Below, one piece after another: positions 10,953-19,797 of a stretch of DNA of 64,000 bases. Every line of letters starts with the position of its first letter. Position 1 is the first letter of the stretch. Position numbers and translations under genes: made by a program. Origin of the DNA: Marmoricola sp. (GTDB taxonomy: Bacteria; Actinomycetota; Actinomycetes; Propionibacteriales; Nocardioidaceae); NCBI GenBank assembly GCA_035700665.1, contig DASSOK010000042.1, positions 6,115 through 70,114 of the forward strand, in the 5' to 3' direction. The notes under the pieces are model-generated. The model worked only from the letters and a program-made list of their open reading frames with translations, ran no database searches and had not been told where the DNA came from.

Positions 10953-12613
10953 TTCCCGGAGGCCTTCCGCCGCGACGACGGTCGCCGCTCGGACGGCCGG
11001 GTCACCGGCTCGCCGCCCTCCAGCAGCGCGGCCCGGCGCGCCGCCCCGAAGTCGGCGAGCGCGTCGGCGAGCTCCTCCACCGACGGGTTCGGCGCCATCA
11101 CGTCGACCCGCAGGCCGTGCTCCTCGGCGGTCTTGGCCGTGGCCGGCCCGATGCAGGCGATGATCGTCGAGGCGTGCGGCTTGCCGGCGATGCCGACCAG
11201 GTTGCGCACGGTCGACGACGAGGTGAAGACCACCGCGTCGAACTTGCCGGTCTTGATCGCCTCGCGGGTCGGCGCCGGCGGCGGGGCGGCCCGCACCGTG
11301 CGGTAGGCGGTGACGTCGTCGACCTCCCACCCGAGCTCGACCAGCCCGGCCACCAGGGTCTCGGTGGCGATGTCGGCACGCGGCAGGAACACCCGGTTGA
11401 TCGGGTCCAGCAGCTCGTCGTACGGCGGCCAGTCCTCGACGAGCCCACGGGCGGACTGCTCACCGGATGGCGTCAGGTCGGCGCGCAGCCCCCAGTCGAG
11501 AAGCGCTGCAGCCGTCTTCTCGCCGACCGCAGCGATCTTCAGGCCGGAGAAGGCACGAGCGTCCAGGCCGTACTCCTCGAAGCGCTCGCGGACCGCCCGG
11601 ACGGCGTTCACCGAGGTGAACGCGATCCACTCGTAGCGGCCCTCGACGAGCCCGCGGACGGCCTTCTCCATCTGCTGCGGGTTCCGCGGCGGCTCCACCG
11701 AGATGGTGGGCACCTCCTCCGGCTCGGAACCGTAGCCGCGGAGCCGGACGGACAGCGACGCTGCCTGCTCCTTGGTGCGCGGCACCAGCACCCGCCAGCC
11801 GAACAGCGGCTTGGTCTCGAACCACGACAGCGGCTCCCGCAGGTCCACGACGGGGCCCACGACGATCACCGCGGGGTCGCAGATCTTCTCCGCCTTCACC
11901 CGGGCGGCGATGTCGGCCAGGGTGCCGATGACGGTGCGCTGGGTGGTGACCGTGCCGGTGCAGGTGACCGCGACCGGGGTGTCGGCGGCCCGACCGGCGC
12001 CGACGAGCTCGGCGGCGATCGTGGCGAGCGGGCCGAGCGCCGAGAGCAGCACGAGGGTCTCGCGGTCGGCGTACTGCCCCCAGTCGAGGCCGGAGCCGGC
12101 GCACGAGAGCACCGTGAACTCGCGGTGGTTCTTCGACGTCAGCGGGATGCCGGCGTAGGCGGGCACCGCGTTCACCGAGGACACACCGGGGACCAGCTCG
12201 AAGCCGATGCCCGCCTTGGCACAGGCCTGCGCCTCCTCCGGACCGGAGGCGTAGAGGAACGGGTCGCCGGCCATCAGCCGGACGACGCGCTTGCCGGTGC
12301 GCGCCTGCTTGAGCACCACCTTGGCCCGGTTGGCGTGGGTCAGCGGCTGGCCGTCCTCGCCGAAGCCGCCGTCGACGAACACCGGGCCGTCGGTCGGCTC
12401 GGCGCCCTCGACCGGCGCCGGCAGCCCCAGCAGCGTCCGCACGAGGCGCTCGTGCTCGGGGAGCTCGGTGACCACCACCTCGGCGCTCCGCAGGAGCTCG
12501 ACGGCCCGGACCGTCAGCAGGTCGGGGTCGCCCGGCCCGGCGCCCACGAACGACACCCAGCGTGCGGTGCGTGCGGTCTCGCGGGTCAGGTTCCCAGGAA
12601 CAGTCTTCGTCAC
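10949..12613 (-). CDS. hemD: Bifunctional uroporphyrinogen-III C-methyltransferase/synthase
   Basis: FVGAGPGDPDLLT and GDPFLY methyltransferase motifs, then a HemD domain (WFETKPLFGWRVLVPR, FTSVNAV, FTSSSTV). Confidence 0.92.
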   Translation of the reverse strand: MTKTVPGNLTRETARTARWVSFVGAGPGDPDLLTVRAVELLRSAEVVVTELPEHERLVRTLLGLPAPVEGAEPTDGPVFVDGGFGEDGQPLTHANRAKVVLKQARTGKRVVRLMAGDPFLYASGPEEAQACAKAGIGFELVPGVSSVNAVPAYAGIPLTSKNHREFTVLSCAGSGLDWGQYADRETLVLLSALGPLATIAAELVGAGRAADTPVAVTCTGTVTTQRTVIGTLADIAARVKAEKICDPAVIVVGPVVDLREPLSWFETKPLFGWRVLVPRTKEQAASLSVRLRGYGSEPEEVPTISVEPPRNPQQMEKAVRGLVEGRYEWIAFTSVNAVRAVRERFEEYGLDARAFSGLKIAAVGEKTAAALLDWGLRADLTPSGEQSARGLVEDWPPYDELLDPINRVFLPRADIATETLVAGLVELGWEVDDVTAYRTVRAAPPPAPTREAIKTGKFDAVVFTSSSTVRNLVGIAGKPHASTIIACIGPATAKTAEEHGLRVDVMAPNPSVEELADALADFGAARRAALLEGGEPVTRPSERRPSSRRKASGK

Positions 12614-12620
12614 AGTTGCC

Positions 12621-13685
12621 CTACTTCTCTGTGTCGACGTGTGCGTCGGTCTGTGTGTCAGTCGGTGCGTCGGTTGCGTTCGTCGGTGCGTTCTCTGGCG
12701 CTTTCTCTGCTGCCTTCTCCGGTGCGGTTCCTGCTGATTTCCCTGGCCCGTCGAGCAGGTCGGCAGCACCGTCGGCCACCATCTCGGCAGCCAGCAGACG
12801 ACCCACCCCGACCGGGTCCGCCGGGTCTCCCGAGGCGGACCGGCGGACGCTGAGCCCGCCGTCCGGCGAGAGCGCGACCGCCCGGATCCAGAGCTCCTCG
12901 TCGTCCTCGCCCTCCACCACCTCGGCCAGCGCGCCGACCGGCGCGGCGCACCCGGCTTCGAGCTCGGCGAGCACGGTGCGCTCGCACTCCACGGCCGCGC
13001 GCGTGTGCGGGTCGTCGAGGGCCCCCTCGAGGAGCTTGACCAGGTCGGCGTCCTGGGTGCGGCACTCGACGGCGAGCGCTCCCTGGCCCGGGGCCGGCAG
13101 CATCTGCAGCGGGTCGAGCACCTCGGTCGCCTCGTCGACACGGCCGAGCCGGGACAGGCCGGCGCGGGCCAGCACGATGGCGTCGTACTCCCCGGCGGCC
13201 AGCTTGCCGATGCGCGTGTCGACGTTGCCACGGATGCCCACCACGGTGACGCCCAGGCCGAGAGCTTCGAGCTGGGCTGCACGCCGGGGTGAGCCGGTGC
13301 CGACCCTGCTGCCCTGCGGAAGCTCGCCCAGCGTGAGCCCGTCCCGGGCGATCACCACGTCGCGGGGGTCCTCCCGCAGGGGTACGGCGGCCAGGGTGAT
13401 GCCCTCGGCAGGATCGGTCGGGAGGTCCTTGAGGGAGTGCACGGCCAGGTCGACCTCGCCGGCCAGCAGGGCGTCGCGCAGGGCGCTGACGAAGACGCCG
13501 GTGCCACCGAGCTCGGCGAGCGCGGCGCGCGAGGTGTCCCCCACCGTGGTGACCGTGACCAGCTCGACCGGCCGGCCGGTGGCCTCGGTGAGCAGCTCGG
13601 CGACGAGCCGGCTCTGGGTGGTGGCCAGCTCGGAGCGGCGGGTGCCCAGGCGCAGCGGGCGGTCCGGGTCGTCGAGGACGCTCAT
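12621..13685 (-). CDS. hemC: Hydroxymethylbilane synthase
   Basis: LGTRRSELATTQ, AVHSLKD, GTGSPRR, IRGNVDTR, cofactor Cys in EAGCAAPVG; low-complexity C-terminal tail. Confidence 0.97.
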   Translation of the reverse strand: MSVLDDPDRPLRLGTRRSELATTQSRLVAELLTEATGRPVELVTVTTVGDTSRAALAELGGTGVFVSALRDALLAGEVDLAVHSLKDLPTDPAEGITLAAVPLREDPRDVVIARDGLTLGELPQGSRVGTGSPRRAAQLEALGLGVTVVGIRGNVDTRIGKLAAGEYDAIVLARAGLSRLGRVDEATEVLDPLQMLPAPGQGALAVECRTQDADLVKLLEGALDDPHTRAAVECERTVLAELEAGCAAPVGALAEVVEGEDDEELWIRAVALSPDGGLSVRRSASGDPADPVGVGRLLAAEMVADGAADLLDGPGKSAGTAPEKAAEKAPENAPTNATDAPTDTQTDAHVDTEK

Positions 13686-14977
13686 CGGCCACCTCCTTCC
13701 ACGCGGGTCACGGCGTCGACCGCGTCGGGGTCGAGCGAGAACAGCTCGGCGAGCGCCGCGGCGTAGGAGATCGCCCCGGCGTCGTTGGCCAGCTCCTTGA
13801 CCCGCACCGTCGGCTGGTGCAGCAGCTTGTCGGCGACCCGGCGCACCGCCAGCTCGATCTCCCCGCGGGCGGCGTCGTCGAGGTGCGGCAACCGGCCGGC
13901 GAGCCGCTCCAGCTCCGCCTCCACCACGCCTGTCGCCATGGTGCGCAGCGCCACCACCGTGGGTGTCACGCTGGCGGAGCGGCGAGCGGCGAGGAAGGCG
14001 GCGAGCTCCTCGGAGACGATCTCGCGGACCGCTTCGACGCCGGAGACCTCGTCAGCCTCAGCGAGGTCGCCGGCCAGCGCCTCGAGGTCGACCAGGCGCA
14101 CGCCGCGGAGGTCGGCGACCGCCGGGTCGACGTCGTGGGGCAGGGCGAGGTCGATGACCGCGAGCGGCCGGTCCGCCGCTGCCCGCGGCGCCACCGCGGC
14201 ACCGTCCACGACGACCCCGGTGGCACCGGTGCAGGAGATCAGCAGGTCGGCCTGCGCGAGCTCTGCCGGCAGCGCAGCCAGCTCGACCGCCCGGACGCCG
14301 TACGCGGTGGCGAGCCGCTGGCCGTGCGCGTCTGTGCGGTTCGCGACCACGACGTCGTCGACGCCGAGGCGCTGCAGCGTCGCGAGGGACAGGCCGGCCA
14401 TCGAGCCGGCGCCCACCACGATCGCACGTCGCCCGGCCAGCGGGCCGATGTGCTCCGCGGCCCGCTCGAGCGCGGCGGCCACGAGCGACGGGCCGGCCCG
14501 GTCGATGTCGGTCTCGGCATGGGCGCGCTTGCCCACCCGGAGCGCCTGCTGGAAGAGGGAGTTGAGCGAGGAGCCGACCGTGCCGACCTCCTGGCCGACC
14601 CGCAGGGCCTCCCGGGCCTGTCCGAGGATCTGGCTCTCGCCGACCACCATCGAGTCCAGCCCCGAGGCGACGTGGAAGAGGTGGCTCACCGCAGCGTCGT
14701 CGTAGTGGACGTAGAGGTGGCCGAGCAGCTCCTCGACCGGCTCGTCCGCCTTCTCCAGGATCATCCGCGAGACGTCCTCGACGCTGCCGTGGAACCGGTC
14801 CACGTCGGCGTAGACCTCCACCCGGTTGCAGGTGGAGAGCACCGTCGCCTCGGTGACGTGCTCGCTCTCGACGACGTCGTGGACCAGCTTGACGACCGCT
14901 TCACTGTCGAGCGCGACCTTCTCCAGCACCGACACGGGGGCGGACCGGTGCGAGACGCCGACGACCAGGACGCTCAT
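13682..14977 (-). CDS. hemA: Glutamyl-tRNA reductase
   Basis: GVSHRSAP, STCNRVE, GLDSMVVGESQILGQ, GAGSMA, DLALPHDVD. Confidence 0.97.
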   Translation of the reverse strand: MSVLVVGVSHRSAPVSVLEKVALDSEAVVKLVHDVVESEHVTEATVLSTCNRVEVYADVDRFHGSVEDVSRMILEKADEPVEELLGHLYVHYDDAAVSHLFHVASGLDSMVVGESQILGQAREALRVGQEVGTVGSSLNSLFQQALRVGKRAHAETDIDRAGPSLVAAALERAAEHIGPLAGRRAIVVGAGSMAGLSLATLQRLGVDDVVVANRTDAHGQRLATAYGVRAVELAALPAELAQADLLISCTGATGVVVDGAAVAPRAAADRPLAVIDLALPHDVDPAVADLRGVRLVDLEALAGDLAEADEVSGVEAVREIVSEELAAFLAARRSASVTPTVVALRTMATGVVEAELERLAGRLPHLDDAARGEIELAVRRVADKLLHQPTVRVKELANDAGAISYAAALAELFSLDPDAVDAVTRVEGGGR

Positions 14978-15023
14978 GCCGGGTCCCCGACGAGGAGCGG
15001 AGGGAGCAGCTCGGTGGGGTGCT

Positions 15024-15695
15024 TCATGCTGGAACCACGCCGCCGGGAGGGACCGTCGCGTCCGCTGCGGCCTTGCGCTGCTCGTGGTAGGCGAGGATCT
15101 GCAGCTCGCTGGAGAGGTCGACCATGCGGATGTCGACACCCGCCGGGACGCTGAGCACCGTCGGTGCGAAGTTGAGGATGCTGCGGATCCCTGCTCCGAC
15201 CATCGCGTCACAGACCGACTGCGCGGCCGAGGCCGGCGTGGCGATGACCCCGATGGCGACCCGGTGCTCGGCGACGATCGCGTCGAGCTCGTCGAAGCTG
15301 CGCACCTTCAGGCCGGCGACGAGGGTGCCCTGCTGGGCCGGGTCGGCGTCGAGCAGGGCCACGGTGCGGAAGCCACGGGAGGAGAAGCCGGAGTAGTTCG
15401 CCAGCGCGTGGCCCAGGTTGCCGATCCCGACGATGACCACCGGCCAGTCCTGGGTCAGGCCGATCTCGCGGGAGATCTGGTAGCGGAGGTACTCCACGTC
15501 ATAGCCCACCCCGCGGGTGCCGTAGGAGCCCAGATGCGAGAGATCCTTGCGCAGCTTGGCGCTGTTCACCCCGGCCGCGGAGGCGAGCTCCTCGCTGGAG
15601 CAGGTCCCGGCACCGGCCTCGTGCAGGCCGTTGAGGGCCCGCAGATAGACCGGCAGTCGCGCCACCGTCGCCTCAGGGATGCGGGAAGTGCTCAC
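15024..15695 (-). CDS. rex: Redox-sensing transcriptional repressor Rex
   Basis: IPEATVARLPVYLRAL, LRKDLSHLGSYGTRGVGY, GIGNLG, ILNFAP. Confidence 0.97.
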   Translation of the reverse strand: MSTSRIPEATVARLPVYLRALNGLHEAGAGTCSSEELASAAGVNSAKLRKDLSHLGSYGTRGVGYDVEYLRYQISREIGLTQDWPVVIVGIGNLGHALANYSGFSSRGFRTVALLDADPAQQGTLVAGLKVRSFDELDAIVAEHRVAIGVIATPASAAQSVCDAMVGAGIRSILNFAPTVLSVPAGVDIRMVDLSSELQILAYHEQRKAAADATVPPGGVVPA

Positions 15696-15762
15696 TCTTG
15701 ACTCTCCAGCAGGCCCGCCGGAGCCCGACTCTCGGGGCGTCCTCGAACAGGCCTGCCCACTC

Positions 15763-15791
15763 ACTGTAGGAGTTTGTGAACGTGGGAACAA
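15763..15791 (-). promoter_or_regulatory. rex promoter with Rex operator (ROP)-like site over the -35 region
   Basis: TTGTGAA-CGTG-GGAACAA at 15774-15791 (consensus TTGTGAA-N4-TTCACAA, one perfect half-site). Minus-strand -10 TACAGT at 15763-15768, with TTGTTC 17 nt upstream. Confidence 0.65.
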
Positions 15792-15847
15792 ACCGAGTCC
15801 ACCAGCCGACTAGCACAGGGGTGACCTGCGCCACGGACCGGGGTGGG

Positions 15848-16117
15848 TCAGGCCCGGGGTCCGGCCTGCAGGGCGCCTCGGAGCCGCTCGGGGTCGACCC
15901 GCCAGAAGTCGTGCTGAAGGCCGTCGACGAAGGTGACCGGGACCTGATCGCCGAAGCGCTCCACGAGCTCGGGGTCCGTGGTGATGTCGACCTCGTCGTA
16001 CGACGTGCCGACCTCGGCGCAGACAGCCTCGATCACCGCACGCGCGTCGTCGCACAGGTGGCAGCCCGGCCTGGCGTAGAGCAGGACCCGGGCAGGCGGC
16101 TCGCCGGGACCGGTCAT
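15848..16117 (-). CDS. Glutaredoxin-like protein (DUF836)
   Basis: YARPGCHLCDDA and QVPVTFVDG...HDFWRVD motifs. Confidence 0.9.
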   Translation of the reverse strand: MTGPGEPPARVLLYARPGCHLCDDARAVIEAVCAEVGTSYDEVDITTDPELVERFGDQVPVTFVDGLQHDFWRVDPERLRGALQAGPRA

Positions 16118-17703
16118 TCGAGCAGCCCCAGCGCCCGTCGGCGCTCGGTCGCCCGGAGCCGGCCCTTCTGGACCTTGCCGGTGTAGGTGTAGGGCAGGTC
16201 GTCGACGACGTGCACCACGGCAGGCTGCTTGAACCGGGCCAGGCGGGCGTCGCAGTGCGCGCGGACCCGGTCGGCGAGGCCGTCCGGGTCGACGTCGGAG
16301 CGCGGCTTGACGTAGGCCACCACCGCCTCCCCGGTCGCCTCGTCGTCGACACCGATGACCGCGACCGCCGCCACGTCGGGCAGCTCGGCGATCACGTCCT
16401 CGACCTCGCTGGGGTAGACGTTGAACCCGGACACGATGACGAGCTCCTTGAGCCGGTCGACGAGGAAGAGGTTGCGGTCCTCGTCGAGGTAGCCGACGTC
16501 CCCGGTCGCCCACCAGCCGTCGGCGTCCGGGCCGTCCGTGCCGTCCGGCCAGTAGCCGGAGAACAGGTTGTCACCCCGCACGTGGATCTCCCCGCCGTCC
16601 TCGACCCCGGGCTCGTGACCGGCCTCGTCGACGAGCCGGAGCTCGATGCCCGGGAGTGCGGCGCCAACGGACCCCGGCACGACCGTGCGACTGCACTGGG
16701 TGGAGGTGACGACCGGCGCGGCCTCGGTGAGCCCGTAGCCCTGGTGCACCTGCACACCGGTGCGCTCGGTAAAGGCGGCGGTCAGCTCCGGCGAGAGCGG
16801 TGCCGATCCGCTCAGCGCCAGCCGAACGGGTCCGAGGCGGTCCTCCAGGCTCGGAACCTGCATCCAGTAAGCGAACACCGCCGGTGCGACCGGGACGACG
16901 GAGATCGCCTCGTCCTCGATGATGTCGAGCGACCCCTCCGGGTCGAAGCCGTCCACGAGCACCATGCGCGCGTGCTGGCGGAGCACCTGTCCGAGCACGG
17001 CGTTCAGCCCATAGACGTGGAAGAGGGGCAGCACCCCGAAGACGACGTCCTGACCGGTGATCAGCCGTGGCTCGACGGCGGCCGCCTGCTCGATGTTGGC
17101 CAGCAGCGCCCGGTGCGAGAGCATCGCCGCGCGCGGGCGGCCGGAGGTGCCGCTGGTGTAGAGGAGGACGGCGAGGCCCTCGTCGTCGGCCCGGGAGGGG
17201 ATCGGCTCGCTCGGCGGCAGCGCGACCAGGTCGTCCCAGGCGAGCTCCCCCTCGGCCGCCGGCGCCCCGACGGTCACCACGCGGGGCCGCACCGCTCCTG
17301 GGACCTCCTCTGGAGACGCCTCGATGGCGCCGACCAGGCCGCCCACGGCGTCGCGGACGAGGTCGATGGTGCTCCCGTCGGCCACGACCATGCGGGCGCC
17401 GGAGTCAGCGAGGATCCGGATCACCTCGCCGGTCGCGCTCCGCGGGTTCACCGGGACCACGACGAGGTGGGCGCGCAGGGCGCCGAGATAGGTCGCGACG
17501 AACTCGATCCGGTTCGTGGTGATGACAACGACGCGGTAGCCGGTCACCATGCCGGCCCGGGTGAGCCCGCCGGCCAACCGGTCGGCGAGGTCGTCGAGGC
17601 CGGCCCACGTCACCGAGCGGCCTGTCGAGGCTTCGCTCAGGGCCGTCTTCTCCGGCTCCACCTGGGCAGCGGTCGCCAGCAGGTCGGCGACGTTCGTCTC
17701 CAT
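16114..17703 (-). CDS. AMP-binding long-chain acyl-CoA synthetase
   Basis: LYTSGTSGRPR, GYGLTE, TGDVG, SGFNVYPSEVE, TGKVQK. Confidence 0.9.
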   Translation of the reverse strand: METNVADLLATAAQVEPEKTALSEASTGRSVTWAGLDDLADRLAGGLTRAGMVTGYRVVVITTNRIEFVATYLGALRAHLVVVPVNPRSATGEVIRILADSGARMVVADGSTIDLVRDAVGGLVGAIEASPEEVPGAVRPRVVTVGAPAAEGELAWDDLVALPPSEPIPSRADDEGLAVLLYTSGTSGRPRAAMLSHRALLANIEQAAAVEPRLITGQDVVFGVLPLFHVYGLNAVLGQVLRQHARMVLVDGFDPEGSLDIIEDEAISVVPVAPAVFAYWMQVPSLEDRLGPVRLALSGSAPLSPELTAAFTERTGVQVHQGYGLTEAAPVVTSTQCSRTVVPGSVGAALPGIELRLVDEAGHEPGVEDGGEIHVRGDNLFSGYWPDGTDGPDADGWWATGDVGYLDEDRNLFLVDRLKELVIVSGFNVYPSEVEDVIAELPDVAAVAVIGVDDEATGEAVVAYVKPRSDVDPDGLADRVRAHCDARLARFKQPAVVHVVDDLPYTYTGKVQKGRLRATERRRALGLLE

Positions 17704-17772
17704 CCGGGGAGTTTCCCACAACGGCCCGACGACGACAGGACCATCCCCCACGGGCGCCACTAGTCTGGCGGC

Positions 17773-18669
17773 GTGACCGACGAAGTGTTCCAGCCGGAGT
17801 CGGCCCGCCGGCGGCGCAACCTGACCCGGCGCTCGCAGCTGGCCGGCGAGGCGGCCGCCGCGGCTGCCGAGGTGGAGGACTCACTCGTCGTGTCGGGTGA
17901 CCGGGCCGTCGCGGCGTTCTTCGACGTCGACAACACCGTCATGCAGGGCGCCTCCATCTTCCACCTGGCGAAGGGGCTCTACCGCCGCAAGTTCTTCAGC
18001 ACCCGCGACATCGTCGGCGCCACCTGGAAGCAGCTGTACTTCCGGGTCGCCGGCGTGGAGGACCCCGAGCACATCGCCGAGACCCGGGCGGCGGCACTGT
18101 CGTTCATCGCCGGGCACACCGTGGAGGAGCTCGAGGCGGTCGGCAGCGAGATCTTCGACGAGCTGATGGCCGAGCGGATCTGGCCGGGAACCCGGGCGCT
18201 GGCCCAGCTCCACCTCGACGAGGGGCACCGCGTCTGGCTCGTCACGGCGGCACCGATCGAGATCGCCACGATCATCGCCCGACGACTGGGGCTGACCGGT
18301 GCGCTGGGCACGGTCGCGGAGCACCTCAACGGCGTCTACACCGGCCGCCTGGTCGGCGACATGCTGCACGGGCAGGCCAAGGCGTACGCGATCGAGGCGC
18401 TCGCCGACCGGGAGGGCCTCGACCTGGCCCGGTGCTCGGCCTACTCCGACTCCTACAACGACCTGCCGATGCTCTCGCTCGTCGGCCATCCGTGCGCGGT
18501 CAACCCCGACACGAAGCTGCGTGAGCACGCCCGCCGACACGGTTGGCAGATCCGCGACTACCGCACCGGCCGCAAGGTCGCGCGCGCCGGCCTCCTCGCG
18601 GGCGCGCTGGCCGGCGCAGCGGCCGGCACCATGGCAGCCGGTCAGGCGATCCGGCGCCGCCTCGGCTGA
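17773..18669 (+). CDS. HAD-IB family hydrolase
   Basis: AFFDVDNT motif I and AYSDSYNDLPML motif IV; TAGTCT -10 lies 6 nt before the GTG. Confidence 0.9.
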   Translation: MTDEVFQPESARRRRNLTRRSQLAGEAAAAAAEVEDSLVVSGDRAVAAFFDVDNTVMQGASIFHLAKGLYRRKFFSTRDIVGATWKQLYFRVAGVEDPEHIAETRAAALSFIAGHTVEELEAVGSEIFDELMAERIWPGTRALAQLHLDEGHRVWLVTAAPIEIATIIARRLGLTGALGTVAEHLNGVYTGRLVGDMLHGQAKAYAIEALADREGLDLARCSAYSDSYNDLPMLSLVGHPCAVNPDTKLREHARRHGWQIRDYRTGRKVARAGLLAGALAGAAAGTMAAGQAIRRRLG

Positions 18670-18690
18670 TCCCCCCACCCGCCTGTCCCG

Positions 18691-18746
18691 CCGAGTTGCG
18701 CCCGCGGGTACACCGAGTTGCGCCTCCCGGTCGGCCGAGTTGCGCC
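18691..18746. repeat. Three CCGAGTTGCGCC copies at an exact 22-bp period
   Basis: Copies start at 18691, 18713 and 18735 with different 10-nt spacers. Confidence 0.85.
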
Positions 18747-18851
18747 TCCGGGCCGAATGTCCGCGATGAGGATCCTCTCCCCAAATGCGCACAACTCACC
18801 TATCCTACTGAGGTGTAGCGCCTGGCTGGAGGGCCAGGGAGGGAGCGCAAT

Positions 18852-19652
18852 TTGTCCGCCGATCCACTCACGCGTGGTCTGACCTCGCTGAGGCGCGCCC
18901 TGGCGGAGCTGCTGGACGGTCCCCCGCCCGCCCTCGCGACCGTCGGTGCCGCCGACCCGTGGTGGCTCACGCACGACGACCTCCGCGAGGCGCCCGGGAT
19001 CCTGTGGACCAAGGCGGCCGGCGCGGCGGGCACGCTGCCGCTGCACAGCAACCTCCACGGCGACGCCGACCTGGCCACCTCCTCGGCCGAGGATGCCGCC
19101 GAGGGCACCCGCCTCATCGCACTGGTGGAGCTGGCCCGCAACGGCGACAAGGACGCCTTCGGACTGCTCTACGACCATTACCACGTGTCGGTCTACCGGT
19201 TCCTCTACTACCGCGTGGGAGCGGCCCAGCTGGCGGAGGACCTGACCTCGGAGACGTTCTTCCGGGCACTGCGGAGCATGAACTCCTTCCGGTGGCAGGG
19301 CAAGGACTTCGGCGCCTGGCTGATGACCATCGCCCGCAACCTCGCCGCCGACCACTTCAAGGCGGGGCGCACCCGGCTCGAGTTCGCCACCGAGGACGAG
19401 CACACGCTGGACGGCTCGACGGAGGGCCCCGAGGGCGCCGTACTGGCGTCCCTCACCAACGAGAGCCTGTTGAAGGCGCTCGGCGAGCTCCCCACGGAGC
19501 AGCGCGAGTGCCTGATCATGCGGTTCCTGCAGGGCCTGTCCATCGCCGAGACGGCCGAGGTGCTCGGCCGCAGCACCGGTGCCGTCAAGCAGCTCCAGCT
19601 GCGCGGCGTGCGCAACCTCGCCAAGCTGCTCCCCGAGGGGGCACGGCCATGA
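18852..19652 (+). CDS. bldN: ECF sigma factor, BldN/AdsA-like, with N-terminal extension
   Basis: LVELARNGDKDAFGLLYDHY, AEDLTSETFFRALR, WQGKDFGAWLMTIARNL, GLSIAETA...GAVKQLQLRGVRNLA; same neighbourhood as Streptomyces bldN (rex, HAD, anti-sigma). Exact start uncertain. Confidence 0.8.
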   Translation: MSADPLTRGLTSLRRALAELLDGPPPALATVGAADPWWLTHDDLREAPGILWTKAAGAAGTLPLHSNLHGDADLATSSAEDAAEGTRLIALVELARNGDKDAFGLLYDHYHVSVYRFLYYRVGAAQLAEDLTSETFFRALRSMNSFRWQGKDFGAWLMTIARNLAADHFKAGRTRLEFATEDEHTLDGSTEGPEGAVLASLTNESLLKALGELPTEQRECLIMRFLQGLSIAETAEVLGRSTGAVKQLQLRGVRNLAKLLPEGARP

Positions 19653-19686
19653 CCGTCGACCTGTGCGGCAGCACACCCGCGGTGTC

Positions 19687-19715
19687 CATAACCTTCCGGC
19701 GGTGCGGTTCGTTGC
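19687..19715 (+). promoter_or_regulatory. Putative BldN-type promoter for the anti-sigma gene, CATAAC-N17-CGTTGC
   Basis: Resembles CGTAAC-N16-CGTTGA; spacer one base longer. Confidence 0.45.
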
Positions 19716-19797
19716 CACTGGTGTACGACCGCCAGGCGGGTGGCGTCATCCCTGCCGTCCTGACTGGTGGTCCCTCCCACAGCACAGGAGCCCGCTC

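Noticed and set aside
18691-18746. Repeat-spacer pattern as a mini CRISPR array
   Set aside because: 12-bp repeats and 10-bp spacers are far too short, and there are no cas genes in the window.
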